Virus record (IMG/VR): IMGVR_UViG_3300042923_000601
Location: 1 to 64,000 of that record
Length of the DNA stretch: 64,000 bases
Strand: one strand, 5' to 3'
The translations under genes were made by a program, and so were the position numbers. Within the stretch, counting starts at the first letter, position 1, and each line of letters starts with the position of its first letter. The notes beneath the pieces were generated by a model. It ran no database searches. It had not been told where the DNA came from and saw only the letters and a list, made by a program, of their open reading frames with translations. This document shows positions 1 through 8,945 of the stretch, piece by piece.

Positions 1-574
1 TCTTATCCATCAGTTTATTGAATTCCTCGAAAGCACCCTTCAGCGCCTGGAGATCAATGGAATGTGAGACGCCATTTAGCTTATCAATCTGAGACAAGTT
101 CTCTGCTATATACCGGCAAGCATAGTAGATTGTCTTCTCATACCCAACCATCGAGTATGGATTACGAACCTTAGGCTTATCCTTATAGGACTCATCCGGT
201 AATCGAGTTTTGAGTTCTTCCACGAGAAGCTTATTGCGTCTAAAGACGTTCTCGTATGTAAATACGAATGACGGGGAGTTTGCAATGGCGCGTAAACGCC
301 AGTCCATGATCGAATGTGCTGATGCATACCCGACCTGTTCAAGCTTAAGCACCACATCATAGACCACGTTCTCGTGTGTCTCGGATGGTACCTTGACATG
401 GACAAAGTAGCTCTTGGCATTCATTGCTTTGTGGACGTCAACCGACAGCTCACCATGCTTCTCAATGAGCGCATTATACCTAGGATCATAGACTGATCTC
501 CACTGTACAGCTTGAGATGCAGCTGACCCTTTACCCTGAGGGTTTCTTAAATACTGCTGAATTGTCAATTCCAT
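1..574 (-). CDS. Conserved hypothetical phage protein, 3' end outside window
   Basis: Not in the ORF track because it has no stop in the window. ATG at 574 after AAGGAGG; frame MELTIQQYLRNPQGKGS...YFVHVKVPSE...NSPSFVFTY...RNPYSMVGYEKTIYYA stays open to base 1. Confidence 0.8.
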   Translation of the reverse strand, partial: MELTIQQYLRNPQGKGSAASQAVQWRSVYDPRYNALIEKHGELSVDVHKAMNAKSYFVHVKVPSETHENVVYDVVLKLEQVGYASAHSIMDWRLRAIANSPSFVFTYENVFRRNKLLVEELKTRLPDESYKDKPKVRNPYSMVGYEKTIYYACRYIAENLSQIDKLNGVSHSIDLQALKGAFEEFNKLMDK

Positions 575-642
575 AATGTAACGCCTCCTTAATATAACGT
601 TAAAAAAGGGAGCCGAGAAATATACTCAGACTCCCTTGAAGT

Positions 643-1410
643 TTATTCAGCAGCCTTTGTAGGCATATACGTGAACCGAGGTGTGGAGGATCGGTCAAAT
701 GGCTGTGCTCCAACCTTGATGCGCTGAGAGAACATGGGTTCACTTCGAACGAATACTTCGCCGGTTTCGTTCTGCTTATATACAATCATTGGAATACCCG
801 TTTCAGTATCAGGTGCAATATGCAGCACCGTATACATCTTTTCTTTGAAATGCAGATATGCCTCACCCACTACAGGGGATGAGACATTGTATGGGTTGAT
901 AAATGTAATATCGCCCATCGTCATCTCATAGCCATCCGCATGGAATGTAAAGAGTGGGATACTTGTGTTAGCCAGACACTCCATGAAATGAGAGAGGGGC
1001 AGCGACCGGACATCGTTGGTGTCCAGGTATTTGAATTCGACAATACGGTCAAGCTCTGCGTCATCACCCACTTTGGTATCTTCAATGCTGACGAAACGCC
1101 CATCCCATCGACGCCATACTTCACCAGCTGTGGGGCAAAGTGGTTTAAGTGGCATATCAGGCACGACGATTGGTACAAGGATAGGTGTACCCACGAATGA
1201 CGTGCCTGTACTGATATCATCCAGATCATTAATCGTATGCTGTTCATATACTATCTCAGGACCGTCTTCTTTCTGAACGACAGATGCCACATGTGCAATA
1301 TGAGATATTGAACCGTCGAGGTTTTTATACTTACCGGCAAACGTATAGACCTTACCGGAAGAATCAACCCATTTTTGTTGGTGTGCGTTATCATGTGTAA
1401 TTCTCATCAT
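643..1410 (-). CDS. Hypothetical protein with C-terminal DUF1653-like domain
   Basis: HFKEKMYTVLHIAPDTETGIPMIVYK...VFVRSEPMF matches the DUF1653 pattern; AAGGAG RBS. Confidence 0.65.
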   Translation of the reverse strand: MMRITHDNAHQQKWVDSSGKVYTFAGKYKNLDGSISHIAHVASVVQKEDGPEIVYEQHTINDLDDISTGTSFVGTPILVPIVVPDMPLKPLCPTAGEVWRRWDGRFVSIEDTKVGDDAELDRIVEFKYLDTNDVRSLPLSHFMECLANTSIPLFTFHADGYEMTMGDITFINPYNVSSPVVGEAYLHFKEKMYTVLHIAPDTETGIPMIVYKQNETGEVFVRSEPMFSQRIKVGAQPFDRSSTPRFTYMPTKAAE

Positions 1411-1432
1411 TTACATCTCCTTTTTATAAATA

Positions 1433-1458
1433 GAGACTGTAGGATTACCTACAGTCTC
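1433..1458 (-). terminator. Intrinsic terminator after chaperonin
   Basis: 11-bp inverted repeat GAGACTGTAGG/CCTACAGTCTC followed by T-rich sequence on the minus strand. Confidence 0.65.
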
Positions 1459-1480
1459 CTGAATATAATGCTATGAGTGC

Positions 1481-3235
1481 TTATACTTCGCCTTCAAAAT
1501 CAACTGCGTCAACAAAGATCGTATTCGCTGTAGCCAGCACGATCGCTGTATCAATTGCACGCTCAACGATGTTGATATCCGTTTGGATTGGATTAATAAC
1601 ACGGTTCGTGGAATCGCCGCGAAGGTTGATAGGGCCCGCGAATACTGGAACTGGCACGGTGTAACGGCTCATATCAATGCGGCCATTTTCATCAACCAGT
1701 TTCTTACCGGCATTCGTTACGATCAGGTCCATAAATTCAGTGCGGCTTATTGCAGTGCGGTTTTGAACTAAGCGATAGTATACCTTGAGATAAGCTTCCA
1801 TCAGGGAATCCAGCAACAAACTGAATACGCTGATCTGCTGTTCTTGAGGTTTACCAGTGAAGCCGTCTTTCGTTTGAGCCATGAGTGAGAACAACGATGC
1901 AAGGGTGTCCACATTACATCCCACTCCGTAACCAGAGCGAAGTGCAGACTGAACAGCCTTCAATCCGTCCTCAACAAGGCGAAGGTTAATTGATTTGCGT
2001 TGCACAGAATCGCCGCCTACATAGATGGTACGAACACCATTCGTGATAACCTGAAGGCGTTTTTTGAGGGCGTTCAATTCCACCCCAGCACGGGTAACAT
2101 CTTCCTGCGGAAGCAGGCCGGACGCTACCGACGTGACGATCTCATTGATTTTTTCTTGAAGCCATGACACGTGACGATCCAGCGAGTCGGATTGTTTGAA
2201 CCCGGACAGCGTGATCTTACGGTCTCTGATTATGACAGTGTTAGCATAACCTTTGGCCAACCCAGCGATGTTATTGGCATCAATAGTCGTGTTTTCTTCA
2301 TACCCAGCAGCGCCAGTCACCTTGACCAGGTCGTTATAGTCGTCGCTGTCTTGAATGCTATTAGCACGAGTGTATACGATTGCCATATTCAGGAAAATCT
2401 CAGGCTGACTTTGATTGAGCGCTTCAATGAAGCGCACTGCATTCTGGTTTACACCGCTGCAGAAGATCACAAGCGATTTATCAGCAGCCTTCAGTTTACG
2501 AGCGTACTCGTACAGGCTGTTTTCAATGTTTACTTTACCGTCGATAACCAAGATTTCAGCATTCCGCAAGAAACTTGCATTGACACCGTCCTGATTAGCA
2601 AAGGCAGAATGCATCAATTGCCCGCTGATGTTAAGGCCACTTGTGGATTGGATGTAGGTATTACTGCCCATGCTGATATCCAGCAGCACATTCTCATTAG
2701 CCAAATCGTTATTACCGTTGTACAGTTCAACCAGGACATCAGCCAGTTCGCTATTACCGTCAACTGAAGTGAATGCCAGGTCGAAAACATCGGCTGCTGT
2801 GAGTGCTGTTGCACCGTTCTCCAGATCATTAACCAACGCACCGATAATGGTAGATGCAGCGTCCTGAATCTGGGATGGGGTGTATTTAGCAAACAGTTCC
2901 TTGTTATTGCGCAGTTCATGGTATACCGCAGCGGTTACCAGAATTGCAGTTGTTGTACCGTCACCTACATGGTGCGCCTGATGACCAGCCACTTCGAATA
3001 CCATCTGGTATACGGCCTCAGCTGTAGCGTCATCAAATCGTATCATGTTCAAGTTTTCGTAGCCGTCTTTCGACGCATTGATTTCGTTTTTGATTTTGAA
3101 GATGTTATGCGTCCCGAACGGTCCGTATGTAGCGCCAACTGTATTTTCAATAATCGACATAACTTGAGCCACTGTTCCGTGGAACGTGGTTTTAGGCGAA
3201 ACGTTTTGTTTAAAATAGCGACGATCCATTGGCAT
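1481..3235 (-). CDS. groEL: Phage chaperonin (GroEL/Cpn60-like)
   Basis: 584 aa; TYGPFG, SKDG, GDGTTTA nucleotide-binding motif, GYGVG; divergent, no GGM tail. Confidence 0.9.
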   Translation of the reverse strand: MPMDRRYFKQNVSPKTTFHGTVAQVMSIIENTVGATYGPFGTHNIFKIKNEINASKDGYENLNMIRFDDATAEAVYQMVFEVAGHQAHHVGDGTTTAILVTAAVYHELRNNKELFAKYTPSQIQDAASTIIGALVNDLENGATALTAADVFDLAFTSVDGNSELADVLVELYNGNNDLANENVLLDISMGSNTYIQSTSGLNISGQLMHSAFANQDGVNASFLRNAEILVIDGKVNIENSLYEYARKLKAADKSLVIFCSGVNQNAVRFIEALNQSQPEIFLNMAIVYTRANSIQDSDDYNDLVKVTGAAGYEENTTIDANNIAGLAKGYANTVIIRDRKITLSGFKQSDSLDRHVSWLQEKINEIVTSVASGLLPQEDVTRAGVELNALKKRLQVITNGVRTIYVGGDSVQRKSINLRLVEDGLKAVQSALRSGYGVGCNVDTLASLFSLMAQTKDGFTGKPQEQQISVFSLLLDSLMEAYLKVYYRLVQNRTAISRTEFMDLIVTNAGKKLVDENGRIDMSRYTVPVPVFAGPINLRGDSTNRVINPIQTDINIVERAIDTAIVLATANTIFVDAVDFEGEV

Positions 3236-3259
3236 TGATAAGACACTCCCTTAGTATGA

Positions 3260-3943
3260 TTAAATTTCGTTAGACAAAAACCCGCGAGTCGTATCATGCA
3301 GATTCGCGTATGCAAGGTTAAAGTTCAGCTCATCGCACAGGTCAAGTAGCACCGGGTGCTTGAGCTGAAGCTTTTCACCTACTGATTTAAAGTTGTACGT
3401 CAATTTAGAAAGAAAAAAAGAAACAGTTTCGATGTCAATCCGGCATCCGCACACAATGTCATAAACCATGTCGACATCGTGTATGAATACACTGGTAATA
3501 TCATTTGCTTCAATAAAAGACTCGACTGATCTTACATCGAAGATGTCGAGTACGACTTGTTCAGCGCGGGGTAATGTAGCTTCCACTTCAGGTAAAATCT
3601 CTACCCCGGCTATAACTAGTCGTTCAACAAACGTTTGCCCACAGGCAAGCTGTAACTGCTCGGCAATTTCTGTTTCAGGTGAAGATACGGTCACATCACG
3701 GTAGTGTTTTCGGATAAACTCGAAATACGAATCTTCTGTCACACCTGGATCGAGTAGACTCGCGGTATTCCGAGTTTCCGAACGTGCTGCAAGATAGATG
3801 TGCCCGAACTGGTCTACTTTGCTATACAAGGGATGTGTGAGACCAGCCCGAAGCATACGGTCAATGAACCCAACACTTTGGAAGAAGATTGTGTTGTAAT
3901 TGAGAACCAGTATTCGCTCAGGTCGTGTGCCGGTCATTGTCAT
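3260..3943 (-). CDS. Hypothetical protein
   Basis: 227-aa ORF collinear with neighbours in one operon. Confidence 0.7.
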   Translation of the reverse strand: MTMTGTRPERILVLNYNTIFFQSVGFIDRMLRAGLTHPLYSKVDQFGHIYLAARSETRNTASLLDPGVTEDSYFEFIRKHYRDVTVSSPETEIAEQLQLACGQTFVERLVIAGVEILPEVEATLPRAEQVVLDIFDVRSVESFIEANDITSVFIHDVDMVYDIVCGCRIDIETVSFFLSKLTYNFKSVGEKLQLKHPVLLDLCDELNFNLAYANLHDTTRGFLSNEI

Positions 3944-3970
3944 AATAGAGTACCCGGTACGTAAGTTATA

Positions 3971-4813
3971 TTACTGCTGCATTGCTGCAATCAGGTCATT
4001 AACTTCGCTTTCAGAGGTGTGAATGATTTCAGCACTGTACTTATTGGCATCGCGGTTTCCAGCATAGCGATTAGCATTACCAGCATCGGCATTGCCCCAG
4101 CTTGTGGATTGACGACCGCCAGAGCGGTTACCATTAGACGATTGGGAGAAGTCAACGCCAAGGGACGATGCAAGCTGCACCAAGCGGCCTTCCCAGATTT
4201 TACGATCAAACATTCCTTCTTCTTTGGCGGCATGTACACGGCCATTAGTCATACCGATAGCGTAGTCTTCGAGCGCGTCAAGGAACAGCTCGAATTCAAC
4301 GTTCTCAGCATCATGAGTGTAGCTGCCTGTTGCTGGATTGTAGTTCTTGATGTAAATGTCCGGATTGAAAACGTGTACCAGATACTTGTCTGTCTTTTTC
4401 TGATCGTCAACATCCGTATAAATAACAACTGCGATCGAGTCCGGATTTACATCCTGTAGCGACGCTGTAAGCGTTTCTTTCAGTTCACGGACTTGGATGA
4501 CCTGAATCAAGCCATGCGACAGACCAATTGCGAATCCTTCGAATTCACCGGTCTGTTCCAACTTTTCGAGCGCCTTGCGGCCGCGTTTAGCAATCTTTTT
4601 GCAATCCTTGGAGCCAATATATGCCTCAATACCTGATTTGTAGTCGAATTGGACAGGATTAGTGGACGCGTCTTTTGGCAGTCGGATTGCAATCTCAGCA
4701 GTTTTACTGAAGTAACGAATAGCCAGAGCTGTACGAGTCCGATTATTCTTGCTCTGAAAGCCAAACGTGTTACTTGTCCGTTCCTTCGAATTCTCATTGT
4801 TTGTAAATGCCAT
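3971..4813 (-). CDS. Hypothetical protein with low-complexity S/G/N tail
   Basis: 280 aa, AAGGAG RBS, AACA-N6-TG motif 44 nt upstream. Confidence 0.75.
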   Translation of the reverse strand: MAFTNNENSKERTSNTFGFQSKNNRTRTALAIRYFSKTAEIAIRLPKDASTNPVQFDYKSGIEAYIGSKDCKKIAKRGRKALEKLEQTGEFEGFAIGLSHGLIQVIQVRELKETLTASLQDVNPDSIAVVIYTDVDDQKKTDKYLVHVFNPDIYIKNYNPATGSYTHDAENVEFELFLDALEDYAIGMTNGRVHAAKEEGMFDRKIWEGRLVQLASSLGVDFSQSSNGNRSGGRQSTSWGNADAGNANRYAGNRDANKYSAEIIHTSESEVNDLIAAMQQ

Positions 4814-4856
4814 AACGTATCATTCTCCTTTTAAGTTGTGATTGTGGGTGAATCAT

Positions 4857-4868
4857 CAATAGCTTGTT
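4857..4868 (-). promoter_or_regulatory. Putative AACA-N6-TR promoter
   Basis: AACA-AGCTAT-TG on the minus strand, ahead of the 4813 start. Confidence 0.45.
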
Positions 4869-4955
4869 AGGGGAGTATCAATAAATAATGAGGGTGTATC
4901 GGGACTATGATATTTACCTCAATTTTGAAGTAAAAAATGAAAGGAGGTGATAAAA

Positions 4956-5339
4956 ATGGGTGCTGACACGCAGCTATTTTCATGGGAATCGCTAATGACG
5001 ATCAGTGGAGCGTCTCTATTAGTCTTTCTCATCGTGCAATACACCAAGCAACCCCTTCGTAAGATTCTTAAGTATGTCCCTACGGACTTGTACACCGCCT
5101 TTGTATCTTTCGTCATTTTAGTCACTGCTAGTCTTGCAGAAGACTCTAATACATGGTATGAATGGAAGATGTACGTACTGTGCTTCTTCAATTCATTCTT
5201 AATTGCATCAACGTCAAGTCACATTTACGCAAAAACAAAGAACCCTCCGGTATCCCGGAAGGCCAAAGAAGCAAAAAAAGAAGAGTCTGCCACCGAGAAT
5301 ACATATACGGAAAGCATAGAAGACTCCTCAGGATCATAG
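4956..5339 (+). CDS. Holin-like membrane protein
   Basis: ATG 4956 after AAAGGAGGTGA; three hydrophobic segments and a charged C-terminal tail. Confidence 0.55.
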   Translation: MGADTQLFSWESLMTISGASLLVFLIVQYTKQPLRKILKYVPTDLYTAFVSFVILVTASLAEDSNTWYEWKMYVLCFFNSFLIASTSSHIYAKTKNPPVSRKAKEAKKEESATENTYTESIEDSSGS

Positions 5340-5348
5340 AGAAAATTG

Positions 5349-5372
5349 CCCTCCACCGATTAAGGTGGAGGG
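5349..5372. terminator. Bidirectional terminator between convergent genes
   Basis: CCCTCCACC/GGTGGAGGG stem flanked by A and T tracts. Confidence 0.75.
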
Positions 5373-5400
5373 TTTTGCCGGTCTACCCGCCCAGAAGTCG

Positions 5401-5859
5401 TTATTCATCGTCTTCATCATGGTGTCCATATGGGCGTAGGTTCTTAAATATTCGAGGTGCGTGGATACCGATAAACATCAATACTAACGTTATAACCGCT
5501 AAATCCAGTACACCATACCCAAGGGATAACCCGATGGCTGATGTGATCCAGATGTTAGCAGCAGTGGTTAATCCGCGTTTAATACTATCCTTATCCATCC
5601 AGATTACACCGGCTCCGATAAACCCTATACCACTTACAACTTGTGCTGCAAGTCGCATAGGGTCTCGGTACTGGTTTGTGTCTAAGGTGGATAGAATCAT
5701 GATAAGAGCAGAGCCAAGACATACGAGGGAATGAGTTCGTATACCTGCTGCTTTATTTTTCGTCGCTCGTTCGTACCCGATAATAACGCCAAATACTAAA
5801 GCTAAGAATAGTCTGAGGTATAAGTGCCAGCCAAGATCAGATAGTATTAAAATTGTCAT
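5401..5859 (-). CDS. mgtC: MgtC/SapB family membrane protein
   Basis: IGYERATKNKAAGIRTHSLVCLGSAL, DPMRLAAQVVSGIGFIGAGVI, GLTTAANIW are the MgtC signature. Confidence 0.9.
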   Translation of the reverse strand: MTILILSDLGWHLYLRLFLALVFGVIIGYERATKNKAAGIRTHSLVCLGSALIMILSTLDTNQYRDPMRLAAQVVSGIGFIGAGVIWMDKDSIKRGLTTAANIWITSAIGLSLGYGVLDLAVITLVLMFIGIHAPRIFKNLRPYGHHDEDDE

Positions 5860-5913
5860 AATAAGTCCTCCGATTTCGTTTCTTTAGGGATCATAGAGAA
5901 AGCTACCCTCCGC

Positions 5914-6888
5914 CTAAACGGCGGAGGTATTTTTTATCGCAACGGATTGTCGGAAATCGTCCGGCCCAAACCCGCACTCTGGGAAGCAGTATACTGCCAT
6001 ATCATAGACAGACTTGAATATTGTGCGAGTAGGTCTTAGCATATTAGCAGACTGCAATCCATTAAATGACATCACTCGACGGATGGCATTTCGAGATGAT
6101 ATACCCTTACGCTCATATACATAATATCGGATACACATCTTTGCGCGTTCCTTTGCGGCTAGAACATCATTTTCATTATATTCTGACATGGTCCAAAATG
6201 ACGATGGGAGCTTTCCTCGTTTCCCTTCTAAAAGCTCTTTGTATATTGGGATCACATCACCGGAGTGCAGCATGTCATTAACATCAGCTGTGATATCTCT
6301 ACCGGCTTTGAACATCGCAACATCGAACTGGTATTCAGGAAATACGAATGAAAACATTGAATACAGCGTATCCCGCCCTGGATAGAGTCTGCGATATGCT
6401 ACATATGCACCCCAAATCCTATTCTCTCGAAGGAATATTACTTTGTCTGGGATGTTGTGAATTCCGCGTAGGTCTAGGTTTAAACGATCATGGATAACAG
6501 CCCGTACGTTGTGTTTGATCGTTTCAGGTGTCCAGTAATCTCTAGGACATCGCGGCATGTCAAGAGGCTGGATATCTAAGTCATCCACGCAGTAAGTAAG
6601 CAGTTCGATCATCGTGTGGAATACTTTACTCACCTCACCTGACAATCCAGATGCCAGTTTAATCTGCCGTAGTTGAGAGATGTCCAGCGCTGCAATTTCA
6701 GCTTTTGTCATTGGATTATACACAAATACATACCACCGGAAACAGATGCGATATCTCATTTTAGAATTCACATCATCCGGTGACCAGTATCCTTTGGGGA
6801 ACTGTTTCCGTGCTCCACTTAACACATCTCTGTACACTTTAATAATTTCTTCTTCACGATTGTCAAACTTGTTTGGGTCAACCATCAT
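5914..6888 (-). CDS. DUF4046-like repeat protein
   Basis: Two copies of the pattern: IIKVYRDVLSGARKQFPKGYW and IPIYKELLEGKRGKLPSSFW. Confidence 0.6.
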   Translation of the reverse strand: MMVDPNKFDNREEEIIKVYRDVLSGARKQFPKGYWSPDDVNSKMRYRICFRWYVFVYNPMTKAEIAALDISQLRQIKLASGLSGEVSKVFHTMIELLTYCVDDLDIQPLDMPRCPRDYWTPETIKHNVRAVIHDRLNLDLRGIHNIPDKVIFLRENRIWGAYVAYRRLYPGRDTLYSMFSFVFPEYQFDVAMFKAGRDITADVNDMLHSGDVIPIYKELLEGKRGKLPSSFWTMSEYNENDVLAAKERAKMCIRYYVYERKGISSRNAIRRVMSFNGLQSANMLRPTRTIFKSVYDMAVYCFPECGFGPDDFRQSVAIKNTSAV

Positions 6889-6925
6889 GCATACCTCCGT
6901 TATAGTAGGAATCGTTGTTCATATT

Positions 6926-6935
6926 TATGATATGT
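6926..6935 (-). promoter_or_regulatory. Putative early promoter (AYATATNAY class)
   Basis: ACATATCATA 38 nt before the 6888 start; leader ends CCTACTATAACGGAGGT. Confidence 0.6.
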
Positions 6936-6976
6936 AGTTGTAACATTGGCTTTTTACATGTAAAAAGAGAACCCCA

Positions 6977-8038
6977 TTAAGGGTTCTCTACAGGTTCATA
7001 ACGCTGGAGCATCAGTTGACTACGAATGTGTCTAGGCTCATGATTCATCACCCTCGATTGATCAGTAAACCATGAGTGTGGAAGACCAAGATATTCCATG
7101 GAGCCTTCGATATAAATAATCCCTGATGGTGCGTTCTTACTAAGAAGACTTTCAAGTTCATCATCCGTCAGGTCATAGAATGTATCATCCCATTTTAAGG
7201 AGTTGCGAATGAAGTTCTCCGCGTCCCATGCGTCGGAACGGTTTTCGGAGTATGCTGCCGCTGACGTGATAACCCTAAACGAATAACTACCGTCGTTAGC
7301 TGCACGTGCCTTGAACGATCCCATGTTCTTACATGATAACTGAGACAACCAGAACACGTTTTTATTGAACTCGACATCATTGTAGAAATGAACCGGGAAG
7401 TGGAGCTTGTCGGAGTACTCAAGCATCTCTGTGTTATTGCGTGGGATAAATGGAGACGCGATTTTATTCCCTAGTGTCTTATTATACTTATAGCGCCATG
7501 GATGTTCAGGGTCTGACCCGTTTTGAAGGGAGGGTTGCATATATGCAGGTAGATATCGCATCGTGTCTTCCAGTAACTCAAGCTTATGATTTGTATTTGC
7601 GCGATTCATGTCCATTAGACATATACCGCTTCGAACTGAGCCGAATAAATGAACCCATGACAATAATGCCAATGAAGACGTCACTCGACGCTGCTGACGA
7701 ACAGACACCAAATATTGATCCTGATTCTTCAGGGCGACATAGAAACTGGCCAGGTTCATTCGATTAAGCTCGAACCGACTCGGTCCTCCACAGTCAGGCA
7801 CGTATACACATTCCCGGAAATAGTACCATGGATTGATCGTACACTCCAGCATAATGCGCTGCCGCATTTCAGGTGACAGATTTGGATCGTGCGGGTCAAC
7901 ACCTTTCAACTTCCGATCGTACAATCTCAGGTGGAAATCAGAATTTTTGATCCCCAATTGTTGCTTAAGCAGATAAGCCAATTTAAGGAACGACGTGTTA
8001 GTAGTGGTATAATCTATGATGTAAGGTTTGCTTGGCAT
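6977..8038 (-). CDS. Terminase large-subunit ATPase-domain paralog with degenerate motifs
   Basis: ATG 8038 after AAAGGAGG; aligns by eye with TerL at 62024-64000 (NPWYYFRE/NYWYFLRE, LNRMNLA/LHRGNLA, LPAYMQ/LPLYLQ); Walker A reads VRQQRRVT; no nuclease domain. Confidence 0.8.
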   Translation of the reverse strand: MPSKPYIIDYTTTNTSFLKLAYLLKQQLGIKNSDFHLRLYDRKLKGVDPHDPNLSPEMRQRIMLECTINPWYYFRECVYVPDCGGPSRFELNRMNLASFYVALKNQDQYLVSVRQQRRVTSSLALLSWVHLFGSVRSGICLMDMNRANTNHKLELLEDTMRYLPAYMQPSLQNGSDPEHPWRYKYNKTLGNKIASPFIPRNNTEMLEYSDKLHFPVHFYNDVEFNKNVFWLSQLSCKNMGSFKARAANDGSYSFRVITSAAAYSENRSDAWDAENFIRNSLKWDDTFYDLTDDELESLLSKNAPSGIIYIEGSMEYLGLPHSWFTDQSRVMNHEPRHIRSQLMLQRYEPVENP

Positions 8039-8156
8039 GGTAAAACCTCCTTTGTAAATAGGGCGATAATCGCTCATTTCTACCATGTTTACCCAATACA
8101 CTTACATACAAAAAAAGAAGACGGGCTCCCGTCTTCTTTTAAGTATTAGCCGCAAA

Positions 8157-8396
8157 TTACCCTATAATTCGTACATGATCAGACCGATATGGGAATCCCA
8201 CAGCATCCATTAGTCGAACGAACCCTGAGGTTACAAGGATGCGCCGTTTAGAGTCGTCATCCATCTTTCCCCATAATTTCTGAAGAAGGTTTCGACGGGA
8301 AGTACTTTCCTTTGTAAAAACACTCGGTTCTCTGACCAGTACTGACACAAATAACTGGTAAATCTCATCTTGATCAAATTCTTCAGCCATAAACAC
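8157..8396 (-). CDS. Hypothetical protein
   Basis: 79-aa ORF with GGGTGG RBS, in operon. Confidence 0.55.
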   Translation of the reverse strand: MFMAEEFDQDEIYQLFVSVLVREPSVFTKESTSRRNLLQKLWGKMDDDSKRRILVTSGFVRLMDAVGFPYRSDHVRIIG

Positions 8397-8411
8397 GACC
8401 CACCCTTCTCG

Positions 8412-8807
8412 TTATCCCATTATCATGGGTAATTCAGCTATCGCATAGGCGTCATGGTCGAACATGAGCCACTGGACGCCTGTTGCTTGAGCAAATCGGT
8501 ATACGCGCATTAGGTCTTCTGGTAAACCAATTGGATCAGGGACATCAGGGTCGTCCAGTACGAGTATGGTGAATCCATACTCTGACTTTGCATAGACAAT
8601 CAACCCGGATACCCCGTCTTCCACTTCTTGACGTAACCATTCATACGTGTCGTCCGATATGTGAATTGATGATATAACCATCATTCGCTGAATGACGTTT
8701 TCGTGATCAACCGTCACAATCGGTGTGGATATACGGTGTTCCTTATAAATCTTGATCACGGGTTTCATCATCTCTTTCCGACGCGTTAGGGAAATGGGTT
8801 TCCCCAA
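8412..8807 (-). CDS. DUF5983-like hypothetical protein
   Basis: ISSIHIS...VYAKSEYGF...LPEDLMRVYRFAQATGVQWLMFDHDA..IAELP pattern; true start may be about 8770. Confidence 0.55.
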   Translation of the reverse strand: MGKPISLTRRKEMMKPVIKIYKEHRISTPIVTVDHENVIQRMMVISSIHISDDTYEWLRQEVEDGVSGLIVYAKSEYGFTILVLDDPDVPDPIGLPEDLMRVYRFAQATGVQWLMFDHDAYAIAELPMIMG

Positions 8808-8928
8808 ACTCGCTTAACGCGTCGAGGAATTCTGTCATCTGACCGGCTCTTTCCTCAGGTGTAGTGTTAGCTAACACCGTATTCCGCCGGTCAACAAGCT
8901 TCTGATACCGTTCTTCTGGTGTCGACAT
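8743..8928 (-). CDS. Hypothetical protein
   Basis: 61-aa ORF with AAGGAGGGG RBS. Confidence 0.55.
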   Translation of the reverse strand: MSTPEERYQKLVDRRNTVLANTTPEERAGQMTEFLDALSEFGETHFPNASERDDETRDQDL

Positions 8929-8945
8929 TGATTAACCCCTCCTTA

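Noticed and set aside
106-420. 104-aa minus-strand ORF in the track
   Set aside because: It is out of frame inside the longer RBS-led gene 574 to <1.
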